A DNA stretch of 64,000 nt from the NCBI GenBank assembly GCA_964016885.1, contig OZ024747.1:70990001-71054000 (forward strand). The letters are read 5' to 3'. Positions 32,280-46,189 of this stretch are shown piece by piece. Below the pieces are notes generated by a model, which did no database searches, had not been told where the DNA came from, and saw nothing but the letters and a program-made list of their open reading frames with translations. A program made the position numbers and the translations under genes. Source of the stretch: Eledone cirrhosa. Taxonomy: Eukaryota. The number at the start of each line of letters is the position of its first letter. Position 1 is the stretch's first letter.

Positions 32280-32650
32280 GAGATCTCGTGTTACAGCAAA
32301 GATATGTGCAGGGCGAAACTTGCGGAGGGACGACGTTCTGAAGTGGAATGACTGGAAGAAGTGCGAGGTCTTGGGTACAGGGCACAGTACGGGCTATAAG
32401 AAAAGAGGTGAAGCAGGATGGCATTCCTGGTTATAGTTGACAGGAAAACTGCTATATACGAGGAAGAGAGGCCATTATGGTAGCGGTAGAAATGGGAGGA
32501 AATGGAAACATCTGTGGGATAAAGGCTGGTGTGTAGCCTCCGGTGATTTGATGCCAACCAGAAAATAAACAAGTTGCTCGCTGGGCCCGTGTGCATTGGA
32601 TTCAACCATTTGCTCTCGACAGCATTCTGCTGATCAATATGAAATCCTAC
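32280..32650 (-). mobile_element. Highly decayed L2/CR1-group LINE ORF2 3' fragment
   Basis: Translation contains FYRYHNGLSSS...PYC...PRPRT, resembling L2/CR1-group C-termini. Confidence 0.5.
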
Positions 32651-34269
32651 AATATTAGAAATCAATAGATTCTTAATACTAATATGTATGCTACGTTTAG
32701 TCATCATAGATATAAACATTCCTACCCACTTCATTTTTTTAATCTGAACTGAAGTTTATATGACTGCAAAATAAAGTATTCTACATATAAAGCACGTTAC
32801 TTTGCGTTATTATCCATTGTCTTTCTCTTTACGAAAGCCGTTTTCGTATCCTTATTATAGAATTTAACCTAATCCATTATTTATTATTGAAACTGATAGC
32901 CTTAATTGATTATCGGTCATTTTTCTTTTAAATTTCCTGATATTAGAAAATGCCTCCTCAAATACGCACGCAAAATGATTTGTATTATGTATTTCCATCT
33001 GTATACAGTATGAATCATTGCCAACAGAAACAAACTATAATAATAGCTGTAGAATATTATCAGTATATTTATATAGCAAGCCTCTATAAAGAAATCTAGT
33101 TCAATCATTACCAATAATCTCACCCCATGGGTTAAAGTTCTGTCACTAGAAAAAGCCATAGTCTTTTTCCCCCATTACTGAGAATACGGGTCACGTTGCA
33201 GATATGCTAACGTGAACATAATTTCGACTACTTTCCACATCAAATCAGACCATTATTGAATATCAACTTAACATAGATTTTTCATTATTCTCACTGCATC
33301 CATCAATTTCTTGTCTTTTTTCCCCATCTCGAAAGCACATTAAAACACAGACAAGCATACAATGAGTATCTCATTTTATTTGCTTTTAACTCAATCTTCG
33401 TCTGTTAGGAATATTCATTTGTATTTATATATGTCATTTTGTCGACCCATACTTTCTTTGAAACTAGCTTCTTATTTTTACGTAAAGTGACTAAAATATT
33501 ATTTCACCATAATTTTATCACGTCTTTCTTTCATATTTAAGAAGAATATACAATGAATCCGTATACGTTTTAGCAAAGATAGCAAACGTATGAACTGGAT
33601 TAATCGCACAATGAATGATAGAAGACTTGTAGTAACCGTGAAGTGTAACAATAATAGTATGAAATGAAAGCATTCAATAAAAGAAGATAGTTAAAGTTTA
33701 TAAAAACGGGAAAATAAAATTATTGTTCGTAGTACAAAGATGTCCGAAATTGAAACGTAAAAGATATATAATAGTTGTCTTGAAATTAATATATTGTAAG
33801 TGTATATTTTAATATAAAATTGAGCGTATGACACTCACACGAACGTACACGAATATATATATATATATACACACACACAAACACACACATATATACATGT
33901 CTGTGTGTGTATATATATAGGGAAAGAGAGAGAGAGATATATAATCCACAAAGAAGTTGAGATGGGGTGGGGTTTAGTACATCAGTTGAAGCTTACAAAG
34001 CATCTGCTTTATATCGAATTTGAAAGAAAACTGAATGCAATGTATTGAATTTGTTTGGCAAAATATATTCATTTCTTGGTAAAAATTCTCTCATTGCAGT
34101 TGTTTCTATCTATTCATTGAATAGCGTCCCATATAATTTAATAGTATAACATATTTTATTGGGCAAGCAAAGACGATATAGAAAAATCTACCTCATTTGT
34201 GATGCCTTTAAACTTCATAAGTAAATCGTATACTCACACACATAGACAGTCACATGCACACACACACAT

Positions 34270-34315
<46 letters not shown>

Positions 34316-34904
34316 CATAGACCAATTGCATGCTTTTCCGAATGCGTTATATTATTCAGTCTAACACATTTTCTGAAAATACTAAGGCTGCTGTGTGACA
34401 GCCGAGTCTCCAAGAAAATGCTCCGAACATCATGTGATTTAGCTGCAAGCCTCAGCTCTCGTATATCAATAAATGATCTGCTCTACCTTTGTTTCAAATG
34501 TTTGTCGAAATTAATCTTTATTAAGCTGAAATGAAATAGTGGGCTTTCTATTTATACTTGTAAAGCAATGTACATAATAGCGAGATACTTTTCTGCAAAA
34601 TTCTTACAGTACGAATGTGATTATCGTTGACAAGTCTTATAATAGCATAAACCTGCTTCCAGTAGAAGTTCTAACTCAGGGTCGAAGTGATAATTATAAA
34701 GGATACCAAAATAGTTCTTCCTATTAGTTTCTGACACTTTGGAAACTCAATAATGATGACCCAACACACTATCTGCATTAATCTAAATAAAAGACCAGTA
34801 TTGCTTACTTGAGCTTTATATTCTAATTTGTTAATTATTGAAACACATTTAGACACTGACACATGTTTTAGATATGGTGGAAGCAAATACATACGCACAT
34901 GCTC

Positions 34905-35126
<222 letters not shown>

Positions 35127-35402
35127 ATATGTATCCAAAATTATCACAAACCTATATATATACATATTGAAGCCCATAGTAGATCAGAACTCATATATTT
35201 AAGAGAAAATAAGATTGTTTCTTTCTATACGTGAAAAGTAGCATTGGCACAGGATGTAAATTCGTCCGAAATCGGATGAGAACAGAACTGAATATATGGG
35301 TTTCTAGCTTCACTGACTGCTTCATATTCCCATGGGTGGCCATGTTCGTAAAGTCGGGCATGTTTCCAGTCATTTCATTTTCCCAGTATTTCTTCGTTGG
35401 CT

Positions 35403-35602
35403 NNNNNNNNNNNNNNNNNNNNNNNNNNNNNNNNNNNNNNNNNNNNNNNNNNNNNNNNNNNNNNNNNNNNNNNNNNNNNNNNNNNNNNNNNNNNNNNNNN
35501 NNNNNNNNNNNNNNNNNNNNNNNNNNNNNNNNNNNNNNNNNNNNNNNNNNNNNNNNNNNNNNNNNNNNNNNNNNNNNNNNNNNNNNNNNNNNNNNNNNNN
35601 NN
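35403..35602. other. Assembly gap (200 N)
   Basis: Run of N. Confidence 1.
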
Positions 35603-35669
35603 TATATATATAGTAGCGTCAGATAGATAGATGGATAGAGAGAGAGAGAGGGGGGGGTGAGAGAGAGGG

Positions 35670-35730
<61 letters not shown>

Positions 35731-36837
35731 AGACAGACTAAATAGTTACGTCACCAACCATTAATTAGGCATGTAAGATAATTTGCATATCTCTATGACA
35801 ATATGTACAGCTATATGGCCATATGCACGATTTGAATAATATACGTAGGTGGAGTACTTGAAGAAAGATAAAACACCGAGCTTTAATCAAAGATGCTCCC
35901 CTCGTTTGATTTGTTTAAATTTGATAGTTGCTTACTAACTTTATTTCGTTTGGTATTTAACAGAAGAGCATTGATCATATATGCTTCTGCCTGGCTTCTG
36001 TTAGCAAACAAAATAAAACCACTAATTGGAAACTGGGCCTATTCAACTAAAACTTGATACAATTCCTAATCAATGAAAATATTCATCTTAATTTAATACC
36101 ACGATTGGGGACAAAGAAAAGCGAGGGTATGTTGTATAGAGATGCAACACAGAAATCCCTCAATGCCACAACGCCTCAGTTATTTTTATTGAAATATATA
36201 CATCTATAAAAGCTTTATATCTTCATTTCCTTCTTCATTTTCCACCTTGGTATGCCACAATGACTAGACCACTATAACTTCCTGTTCTTGTATCTCCTGT
36301 TGTGCTTCAATCTTTGGTATTCCAGTGGGGGACAGAATGTTGGCATTGAAGAATTCCGCCGAATTTAATGACAGATGCATTTTATACGGAGAATTGCGTA
36401 GATATAACTACAAGAGTGAATAGATACAATGCAAATTATTGGAAATAAATAATTCCGGTTAATAGTCTTCTTTGATTAATACAAAGAGGTTAGCATTGTA
36501 TTTGCCAAAGAGCTTAATTTGAGGTGAGCGTTTACAGAATTTGTTGAAGATGCAGTTGTTATGCTATGCTAGTATTCTAGTAGATATACTGTATAGTATT
36601 ATATGAATAATAAGTTCTTTTACAAAGATATTCGATTAATTAGAATCTGTAAAATTCTTTCAAGTGAATGAAAATTCTTTAATTGATTAAACCATGAATT
36701 TATAGACTAAAACCTAAACAACAACAACATCAAGTGGATTGCAAAACGAGATCGATATTCGATATTTAAAGTTTAAAAAATCAACAAAAGTAACTATTTA
36801 ATAATTCCTCCAGTATAAAATTGTCAATAATAATAAT

Positions 36838-37241
36838 AATGGTTCTGATATAGGCACCAGGCAAGCAATTTTTTTTTGAGGGGGGGGGGGGGGTTGATTA
36901 GATCGACCCCAGTGAATTACCGGTGCTTTATTTATCGGCACCGTAAGGATGAAAGGCAAAGCTAACCTCGGCAGGATTTGAAATCAGAACGTGAAGGGTC
37001 ATAACCATGCCCTACTAATTTATAATGGTTTCTGATTTAAGCACAAGGCCAGCAATTTTTTTTTTTGTGGGGGGGGGGGGTCGATTAGATCGACCCCAGT
37101 GCATTACTGGTGCTTTATTTATCGACCCCGTAGGGATGAAAAACAAAGTAACCTCGGTGGCTTTGAACTCAGGACCTAAAGGGACGTAACTCTATGCTGC
37201 AATGCATGTTTCCGACGCTCTACCGATAGTGTCAATCCACC
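36838..37241 (-). mobile_element. Two tandem SINEs, long subfamily (36838-37005 and 37024-37241)
   Basis: Both carry the extra poly-G/GTCGATTAGATCGACCCC segment plus the family core and head. Confidence 0.88.
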
Positions 37242-37443
37242 AACCTCACACATATAACAACAACAACAATAATAGTATAGTTTCTCCAGAAATTCAAGAG
37301 ACAAAGTAACTATTATATTGTAGATAAAAATTGATATCTGAAATATTCACTCAATAACAGGAATTTGAAGGAAAAGTGTATTGTTGATTCGTTTGACATA
37401 TCAATGGCGACTGTTTTTCTCTCCAGATATATAATTCATCAAA

Positions 37444-37670
37444 TCTTCTTCTTCTTCTTCTTCTTCTTCTTCCACTTATTTGTGAGAGGGATTTGGGGAA
37501 GTAACCGTTTCTAACTGATTCGTCTGGATCCCCACGCAATACCATCTAAGCCATGGGTGTTGTCCAAGCCATCTTACTCGAGGTCTACCCTTGGATCTCT
37601 TGTCGGTTGATTTTTGCCCGTATAATCGGTCCAGTGATTCTTTCCTGCGACATTCTAACAAGATGCCCAT
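37444..37670 (-). mobile_element. RTE-type LINE 3' end with (AAG)n tail
   Basis: GQKSTDKRSKGRPRVRW motif followed by a (GAA)n tail. Confidence 0.6.
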
Positions 37671-38009
37671 AAAAAAAATCTTACAAATAAAATGAAGACC
37701 ATGTGCTTTTATTTCTTCATTTTTGTAGTAAATTCAAAAATAATCCTTCATTGTTCCGAGTCGAATAATATATATACCAGTAGCATACTAGGGATCAAAT
37801 AAGTCAGTTGTATTTCTACACAAATGATAGTTTCGCGTTTAAACTAGAAATGTATGTGCCCTTATATTGAAAATAGCATTAGCATTAAAATATACATTCC
37901 TTTAAATATAAACATTAGCCGCAATGCATTCAAACATCAATAACATTATCGTTTAGCTCATGTCAGCTCTGTTAGGAGAGCTCTATGTTCAAATGCATTT
38001 CAGCTTCAA

Positions 38010-38200
38010 GAATTCAAACTTTTTTTTATAAATATATCTACGACTACATTGTCTATTTTATGCTGCAGTTTTTCGAATGTGGAAATTTGTCTGCTATTTC
38101 CAACATTTCCATTTATTGCGAAAGAATCGCTTGTGAGCTCGCACATGTAACAGAAATATACTGATGTACTATTCATTGTAGATTTCAAGCGTTGCTTTTA
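38010..38200 (-). mobile_element. Possible very decayed hAT transposase dimerisation-domain remnant
   Basis: ISVTCASS followed by IDNVVVDIF; only a weak match to the hAT C-terminal motif. Confidence 0.25.
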
Positions 38201-39183
38201 TTCCTTGACAACACTAATTCAGATATTTTTAACACAGTATATAACAGTGGAGTATCACACTTCTCCATCACAAGTTCAACTTCAATGGAGATGACTTTAC
38301 TATTGACTTCTCGAAAGTCAATAACGTACATATGGAGCCATATACTTGAGATTATTATGCTTTTCTTCTACAAACACCATCCAAATTACTTAGACAATGC
38401 ATAATAATCCGAAACAATTATCTATTTTAAGAGTGCAGTGTGCATTTTAGTATGTACTATACATAAGACATCATTTCCTTTTCAAAATTAATTTATTTAC
38501 AAAGCCTCATCTGTGCGAATTAAGGTATAATCTTGTGGCCAATTAATAGTTTAGGTGACCATCATCTCAGGAGAAATATTGTGAAGATTTGCAGAATGAT
38601 GAACAATGAAATTAAATTAGAATTCAAAAGGAAAATTAATGAATCAACAATTCATAATGTACATTGCTGTATGTTGAAATATAGCAAGTAGAAACCTTAC
38701 ACTAACATTCCTCCGGTTCAATACACCGATGTCACAAATAAAGATATCACGCGGTGAGGTATTTTAAAAACTCATTATGCTAAACATTCATAAAAATGAG
38801 TTCATATGATTTAGCTGGAAAAAAAAAAGTTTCTTAATATTAGTTAGTATAATTTCAAATTATTAGAAGCTTATTTTCAAATGAGCGTAGAAATCCACAA
38901 ATATGAAGAACTAAACCATACAAATATATAAGAATACAATTATATTTTTAATAAATCTATTCACAGTTGTGAAAAAAAAAGAAAAAAAAAAGGATTAAAA
39001 AAAACCTATATATATATATATATATATCATGGCTTTTTGATAGATAAAAGGGTATGGGCGCGCTACGGATAGATGTTCTGTTTATAATGCGCCGAAACAT
39101 TCATGATCCGTAGTAAACAGCTGACGAAGGGAAACTGTCTATCTCTTGTTTGTGTCGCCTTAGTACTATATATTTTTTTGTTT

Positions 39184-39340
39184 TTATTAAAATAACAGAT
39201 TAAAGTTTAAGCAAAGAATCTTAACTTTAATCTGTTATTTTAATAAATATTTGCTCTACGGTTCTTATATATTTGATATATATTTATCCTTATCGAGCCC
39301 TCTTTGGATTTTAGTCTTCAAATTTATTATTATTACTATA
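39184..39340 (+). mobile_element. Second copy of the 1003-1226 PLE pLTR family, with a shorter fold-back
   Basis: Reverse complement of 1003-1128, plus an inverted arm at 39184-39207. Confidence 0.75.
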
Positions 39341-39497
39341 TATATATATAGTTTTACGAATCGAGAGAGAGAGAAAAGGAGGGATAGGTGATACATGTAG
39401 TTATTTGCCAAATAGCGTATGCAGAAGGTGCTCAATACTAGTGCCGCAGTGTTAGATATTAGAGGTGTTAATATCTAGTGGTCGAGAGAGTTAGCAT

Positions 39498-39799
39498 GTG
39501 GTAAAGTAAGAAATAGGAGGACAGACCGTTAATACATGTTTATTTTAAAACAGCACCTACGTACATTTCGCCCGGATCGGGCTTCTCAAGGGCATAAATA
39601 ACTAAAAAGTGTTCCTTACAACCGGCCCGAAAGTATGAACTCTGACGTGAACTCACCTCAAAAACACTTTCCGGGCCATGTAAGGAACACTTTTTAGTTA
39701 TTTATGCTCTTGAGAAGCCCATCCGGGCGAAACGTACGTAGGTGGTGTTTTAAATAAACATGTATTAACAGCCTGTTCTCCTATTTCTTACTTTTCCAC
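39498..39799. mobile_element. ~300-bp inverted-repeat PLE pLTR pair with variant hammerhead
   Basis: ~135-bp arms, ~30-nt spacer. CTTGAGAA-GCCC-atcc-GGGC-GAAAC-gtac-GTA at 39709-39740, mirrored at ~39558-39590. Confidence 0.75.
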
Positions 39800-39896
<97 letters not shown>

Positions 39897-40107
39897 TTAT
39901 TCAGTCTTTTCTTTTATATATATGCATATATACATACACAGATGCCTGCAGACATTTTTATACAAACGCATCAACACACGCGCACACGCACGGAGAGTTG
40001 CATATATATATATATAAACATCTAATTGTTTATCACATGATATAGTTAGAAAAGATGTCACAACATGAACCCATCATCGGAAGATAGAAAAAATAGAAGA
40101 GAGGGAC

Positions 40108-40152
40108 GTGTTGAAGAGGGAGTGAATACATCTTCCGAAATATATATACATC
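40108..40152 (+). ncRNA. Hammerhead-like motif (C3U variant)
   Basis: GTG-TTGAAGA-GGGAG-tgaatacat-CTTCC-GAAA-TATATA-TA-CAT. Confidence 0.5.
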
Positions 40153-40665
40153 TTCTGAATTCTTTCGTAAAGAATTGCAAACAATGAAACACATCCGCCA
40201 TTATGGTATAAGCTTCTTCCGAAACACATTGTCTTGATTTATGGATCTACCTCGAACTATCGTTCGTCGTTTAAACGATTTTCCTTTTTTATTCTGTATT
40301 ATTTATCTCTCTCTCGATTACTGGTTTGGTATCAGGTATATTGATATGATCTTTGCATGTTCGTTATCAATATTTTGTAAACATGTTGGAACAATAAATA
40401 TGTTGGTTTTGCCGCTTTCCGCTGAAAGATATGTTGAGCTTAGGAAAGGTTGATAAGCTAAAGGATTTATGAATTAAGTAAAATATACAGGATTGTATTT
40501 TTTGATGTATGTGTGTATACTTCTATCAATATAGTCACACTCATATACATATAAACATGTGTGTGTCTGTGATTTTGTGTGCATGCATATATATATATAT
40601 ATGTGTGTGTGTGTCTGTGTGTGTGTGTGTGTGTACGTATGTATGTATGTAAGTATTTATGTATG

Positions 40666-40697
<32 letters not shown>

Positions 40698-40778
40698 CTT
40701 GCAAAAAAATGTATATATATATATATACACACACACACACATAAATGTATATATGTGTGTATATATATGTATATATAT

Positions 40779-40910
40779 GTAAAAGGTAAACAGAAATAAC
40801 AACACAATCGGTATATGGAAGGGATATATTAGGTTAACGCTTGATATAGCAGGAAGAGGGTCTTAACGTTTCGGACGCTTGTCCTTCATCAGAAGAAAGA
40901 ATGAGAAATA
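40779..40910 (-). mobile_element. PLE pLTR with minimal hammerhead at 40861-40896
   Basis: TCTT-CTGATGA-A-GGAC-aagc-GTCC-GAAAC-GTT-AAGA; homologues at 49520-49650 and 63608-63741. Confidence 0.8.
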
Positions 40911-41519
40911 CGATAGATTGAGGGGACGGGCGGGATGGAATTTAGATAAAAATAACAGGTCCACTCATGTTGACATCTCTTGCATTATATATATATATAT
41001 ATATACATGCAAAAAAAAATTATACACACACACATATATGTATATACATTATATATATATATGTGTGTTTGTGTGTGCGTGTGTATGTATGTGTGTGTGT
41101 GTTGTGTGCGTGCGCGTGCGTATGTGTGTGTGTGTGTATGGGGGTATATGAAAACATATAATATATGTGAATATATAATTAAAAAATGTACATTTTTCGT
41201 AATGAAAAAATTATGTTTTTATTATATACTGATCAAATGGGTTTCCATAATTTCTATAAGGTTTGCTCATAAAATACTATATACTTAAAATTAAGTTAAA
41301 TTGTAGCTTTATGAAATAAATGGTATTAGATTGATAAGCCTTAACTTCAATTTTATAATATATTCAAGTGAAAATATGAGTGTTGAGTTTACTAGTCAAA
41401 CTAGTCACTAGATTATTTGTACAGTTAAAACAAATTCTTACATATTTAAATAAATTAAAAAAATTTCGCTCTACATGGCTGAATACAATAAATGTAATCT
41501 GAGTTTTTCGAATATTAAT

Positions 41520-41710
41520 AATTGTTTCTACTTTTGGCACAAGGCCAGCAATTATCCCAGTGTATTACTGGTACTTTATTTTATCGACCCCGTAGGGATG
41601 AAAGGCAAAGTTAACCTCGGCGGGATTTGAACTCAGACCATAAAGGGCAGTAACTCTTTGCTGCAAAGCATGGCGTCTGACCCTCTACCGATACTGCCAA
41701 TCCACCGCCC
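41520..41710 (-). mobile_element. Full-length SINE with 19-bp TSD
   Basis: TTTTTCGAATATTAATAAT at 41504-41522 and 41712-41730. Confidence 0.93.
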
Positions 41711-41938
41711 TTTTTTCGAATATTAATAATAACATTCGATTCGTTTGCAATTATACAAACAAGCCTCATTTTTAAAGCCATGTCAGTAGAATGAACCCTT
41801 CCTTCTTGCTCTTGTGTTGGCTTGTAAATAGAACTGCAGACACTAATGTTTCTGGGTATGTTTCATCAGTACAGCTCACTGTTCACCTGCCAAACTGTCG
41901 GGGCTAGTGAAAATATATGCTATTTTCAAAAATATAAA

Positions 41939-42028
41939 GTGACTGATCGGCCTGATTTGCATATTAGGAGACTGACTGATCAGTCAGATCTGCATATTAG
42001 CAGATCCACTGATCAGCCAGATTAGCCT
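41939..42028 (+). repeat. Short ~33-bp tandem repeat, about 2.5 copies
   Basis: ACTGATC(G/A)G(C/T)C(T/A)GAT(T/C)TGCATATTAG repeated. Confidence 0.7.
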
Positions 42029-42432
42029 TCCATAAATTCGAAAAGCTTTCTCTAAATGTGAAACCTCTTTACGCCTTTTAGACCTTCTTATCAGGACGCA
42101 CGAGAACATGTGGTCGGTAAGTAAATATCTTTTTTATATTATCAACTGATTATGAAGATATCTCTATAAAGAAATTAAATGCTTCCTTATTTGTAGTTAA
42201 ACGAAACATAGATAAATCATTTAAATAATGTATTAATGTATTGAAACTTGATGATTACTTTTTTATGTATATATGGTCTGGGATTCTGAATATCTACGAT
42301 GACTGAACATTACCAAAATTGGATATGACTCTCAGTTGTCTTTCGCTAATCTTGATGCGAATACAATTATGTTAGAGCTTTAAAAATATCTGAATGCTTT
42401 ATACAGTTTTATCATCAGCTCATATGATTTCG

Positions 42433-42465
<33 letters not shown>

Positions 42466-42467
<2 letters not shown>

Positions 42468-42716
42468 AGGGAGTGTAAAGTGAAATTACTGTAGGTTCAC
42501 CAAGGGGAGCACTTGATGTTTTGGTTCACGTCAGTGATGAGGTGTAGAGCTAGACAGAGTGTAATATAATAATAGAAGGACGATTTGTTAAGCCTTCATT
42601 ACGTCTAGTGATTGGTAACGCTGTTTCGCTATTGATCATCTCAGGGTTCAATCTGTATCGATCTGGCCCGACTCTGGAATGAAAAGCTCGTCGGAGCCCT
42701 GCTGTTGTAATGACAG

Positions 42717-42720
<4 letters not shown>
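42466..42720 (-). mobile_element. PLE remnant with extended-stem-II hammerhead-like motif at 42611-42700
   Basis: CCGACGA-GCT[54 nt]AGC-GAAAC-agc-GTT; homologous to 4961-5039; flanked by (TA)n. Confidence 0.6.
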
Positions 42721-42761
<41 letters not shown>

Positions 42762-42868
42762 AGTAAGTAAGACCCCGACGGCTGAGCTCAAGCCGTTTCG
42801 ACGGCTAATTCTGTATTGAGTACTTTGGTGCGTTATGGTCCACCTGGTTCCTTACCACTTTTCCTTCG

Positions 42869-42916
<48 letters not shown>

Positions 42917-43754
42917 GGGGAGGAACTGGGACTCTAGTCTGAATGCTTTACACAGAGACGCCTCAAGTAAAGTTGCAAAAGTGCTATGGAAGGAGTGTTG
43001 ATGCTTAACCCAAGTCTTCTGCAACTGGGCTGGCCATTAATTTAAGCCGTTCCAGTTATGAACATCTAATAGCATTTTGTATATCTAGAACTACTTTTAC
43101 CAGTGTGTACTATCTTTTGAGATTGGTCTACTATTTCTATTAGTTCGTGCGGTCACATAGGGGCACTTTTATTGATTGGGCAATCGAAATAGTGGCGTTA
43201 ATTTGGGCAGCACATATAAGTGTTGATTAAACATATATTATTTATCGACTGTCGATAACGTTACTTACCAAAATGATATATGTTTGTCTGTAAACACATT
43301 AGGAGCATTCGAATACAGGCATTTTTATAATAAATTTGTATGTTAATAGAGAAAATCGGTCCTTAATGCTAGGAATGTATTAATGACTCAAATCAACTAA
43401 TAGTTGATTTACATGAGAGTGAGTCAGATTATAACCCAGTCGAGACCGTTAGATATATGGTAATAAGTTCTAACCGCTAATGCCAATTGCATGAGAGACA
43501 GTATGGTTTGAAGACACTCTTCGGACTCTCTGGTGGATGGTAATGAAGTCTATGCATACTCATTAATATATGTGAGATCAAAGACTGACAACGACTGGCA
43601 ACAAAGTACGGTTGCAGTGTGTTTGGTTATAAAGTTTAGACAGTGTGGTGTAAGGTAGTAATAAAGTAGAGACAGGCTTGGGAACATTCTCCCAGTTGTA
43701 AGACATGTAGTCATAAAAACCACTCGCTGAATATCAAAAAGAATAAACTGCAGA

Positions 43755-44240
43755 AGATTATGATTATGATGGTAGTGATGGCGGTGGTGGTGGTGGTGGT
43801 GGTGGGGGTGGTGCAGGTGGTGGAGGTGTGGGAATGATGATATGGAGTTGAAGGTGGTGGCCATGAGGATGGGGTGTGGATGATAGTGATGATGATCAGG
43901 GTAATGATAATGATGCTTCTGATGGCGGTATTGCTGTTGAGGATGATGATGGTCAAGATCATGGTCATGATGATGATGGATTGCTGGTGGTGGTAGTGGT
44001 GGTAGTGTTGGTGGTAGTTGTAGTGGTGGTGGTGATGGTGGTAGCAACTAGGAAGTTTCATTGTAATAGTGATTATCATAACGGTTATGATGGCTATCCT
44101 GATCATAACAATCAGGATGATGATGACGATGACGATGTTGTTGTTTTTAGTGGTGGTGGTGGTTGTGGTTGTGGTAGCGGTGGCAGTAATGGTGGTGTTG
44201 GTTGTGGTAGCGGTGGTGGTAATGGTGGTGGTGGTGGGCT
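43755..44240. repeat. Low-complexity (GGT)n/(GAT)n region
   Basis: Degenerate trinucleotide repeats; source of the poly-H/P/G/V ORFs. Confidence 0.85.
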
Positions 44241-44623
44241 GGACTGACTATAGATATATACTAATTCAAGTGTGACAGGAGGATGGTAAAGGCATATCAA
44301 TAAACCAGATCATTGACAATAAATGTGACAGGCTGATCAATTGTATTTAAACCGTAATAAACAGAAAAACCAAATAATAAGAAATTAATGAGTTGTGAGG
44401 AGACAAATAATGTATTGTAATAAATTAAGACATCGAAGCAATATTGTTCAAATTGAAGAAACGTAGAAAAGAAAAACATATAAATTACATTACCTTCTTT
44501 GTGATATCGATTTAATACAACATCGAATTTAAATTTCAATAAGTCATTAACTTATTTATAAGCAAATGTCATGTCTTCTTGTTAAATAGAACGAGGGTAA
44601 GTCAGTAAAGGATTTGATCACCA

Positions 44624-44850
44624 AGCTCAGCTGGCTCCATCTAACAGTACCTGGGTTGGTTTTCAGTCTATGTTTAGAAGTGAAGAGGGGTGCAGCATGA
44701 CGCTAGCAACTTTCCCTTCATTAATCAAAATTGCTACAGACAGCCATCAGATAAACTGTCCAGGGAGCAGGCTCGCAACAATGCAGAATAGAAACTTCCT
44801 GTTGCCTAATGCTCTCCTCGAGGGTGCAAAAGCAGCAAGTAAAGAAGAAG
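44624..44850 (+). mobile_element. Possible short bipartite RTE-derived element
   Basis: RTE 5'UTR-like GACGCTAGCAACT...TTGCTAC joined to an RTE 3'-like GTTGCCTAATGCTC...GTAAAGAAGAAG tail. Confidence 0.35.
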
Positions 44851-45084
44851 TCATTATCCTCAATTAACTTTTAATTTTAATTCTTCCAATTGGCGGTAAA
44901 ATGAGTTGGCCCTTTCTAGTGATTGCAGATCAGGTTTGGATTTAATACGTGAATTAATTTGTCTTGTTATAACGTTAACCATAAAAGCACCATTTGCAGT
45001 TTCCTCCAAAGAAATTCAGCATTGGATTCTTCATTATAATTTTTAATTCATTACAACAATAGGAATTATAAAAGTACGAGTATA

Positions 45085-45885
45085 TTATTTTTCCACATAA
45101 CCCCGTTGGTTTTCATTATGTTTGGTTTCCCTCCATAGAAGATTATTTATTCACTCCAATGCCAAAGGTTTTCGGCACAGAAATGAGCCACTTATGCATT
45201 GCTTCTTTCACTTTTAGTTCCGTGACAAATTAATGGTCACTTAAGGCGTCTTTAGATTGAGCAAACTGGTGGTAATCCGATACAACAGGGTAGGACTATA
45301 TGAAAGATGGTCTAACAACTTACACTTTACTTTGCGGGAAATTGGGGGCATTATGAGAGCTGCTATTGGCATGCAACAACACAACACTACGTTCGATGTT
45401 TCAATTTCTCATAAAGTATCTCGCTATAACTAGCAATGCTGAGACGCTATCCTGATCATACAATAATATTGGTCCCTGCGAGATGCAAATAACTGCCAGT
45501 ATCACTTTTGCAATTATCTAGTTTTCGTTTGATGTATCAGACCGAATGTTTCCATTCCACACCTTGAATCCTACATCTATATTTCAACACCAGTAAACAT
45601 TATTTTCCATGAAGGCGTCAAATTTGTTAATATAATGATCCAAAGACCAATGGGCGATATCAAAAGGATTTTGTAAGAACAATTCTGTAAGTTATTTTGG
45701 AACTGATCTTACACAAACTTTACTAACGAAAAGTGTGCTGTGGATGATTTTATAAAGTCCATGGCTACTTTGTACATTATTTACCACTCCATCATTGATA
45801 ATCCATTTCTTCAGCAAAACTATACCACGAAGTAGTTCAATATTGTCATCAGCACAAGACATGATCAAACAGTCGGCAACCAGAT
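45085..45885 (-). pseudogene. Decayed mariner (Tc1/mariner) transposase
   Basis: Hand translation across frameshifts: KVCVRSVPK*LT (WVPHEL-like), AKVILAV...QGPILL, VVLLHAN, HLSYSPTL..SDYHQF (YSPDLAPSD-like), VKEAMHKWL, GYVEK*. Confidence 0.8.
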
Positions 45886-46046
45886 TTTAATTTTGTCAGT
45901 CTACTCTGTAGCAAGAAATAAATGTTCCTAAACTGGACTACAAATCTTTGGTGGATTTCAGCCCCCCCCCCCCATACAGATCACTGAAACCCGCTCTACT
46001 TTCGAGCAAACATAAAGTGAAGAGGCCGTGATTAATATGATTAATA

Positions 46047-46168
46047 TAATGATTTCTACTATAGACACAAGGCCAGTAATTTGGGGGAGGGGAAAGTCGA
46101 TTATAACGACCACAGTGGTGCTTTATTTTATCGACACCCGTAAGGATGAAAGGCGGGATTCGAACTCA
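46047..46168 (-). mobile_element. 5'-truncated diverged SINE (long subfamily) with 16-bp TSD
   Basis: AATATGATTAATATAA at 46034-46049 and 46168-46183. Confidence 0.8.
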
Positions 46169-46189
46169 ATATGATTAATATAACAACGG

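Noticed and set aside
39121-39140. CTGACGA...GAAAC hammerhead
   Set aside because: No room for stem II; only a degenerate remnant.
43550-44300. His/Pro/Gly-rich ORFs
   Set aside because: Low-complexity GGT/GAT sequence, open on both strands, with no splice or domain support.
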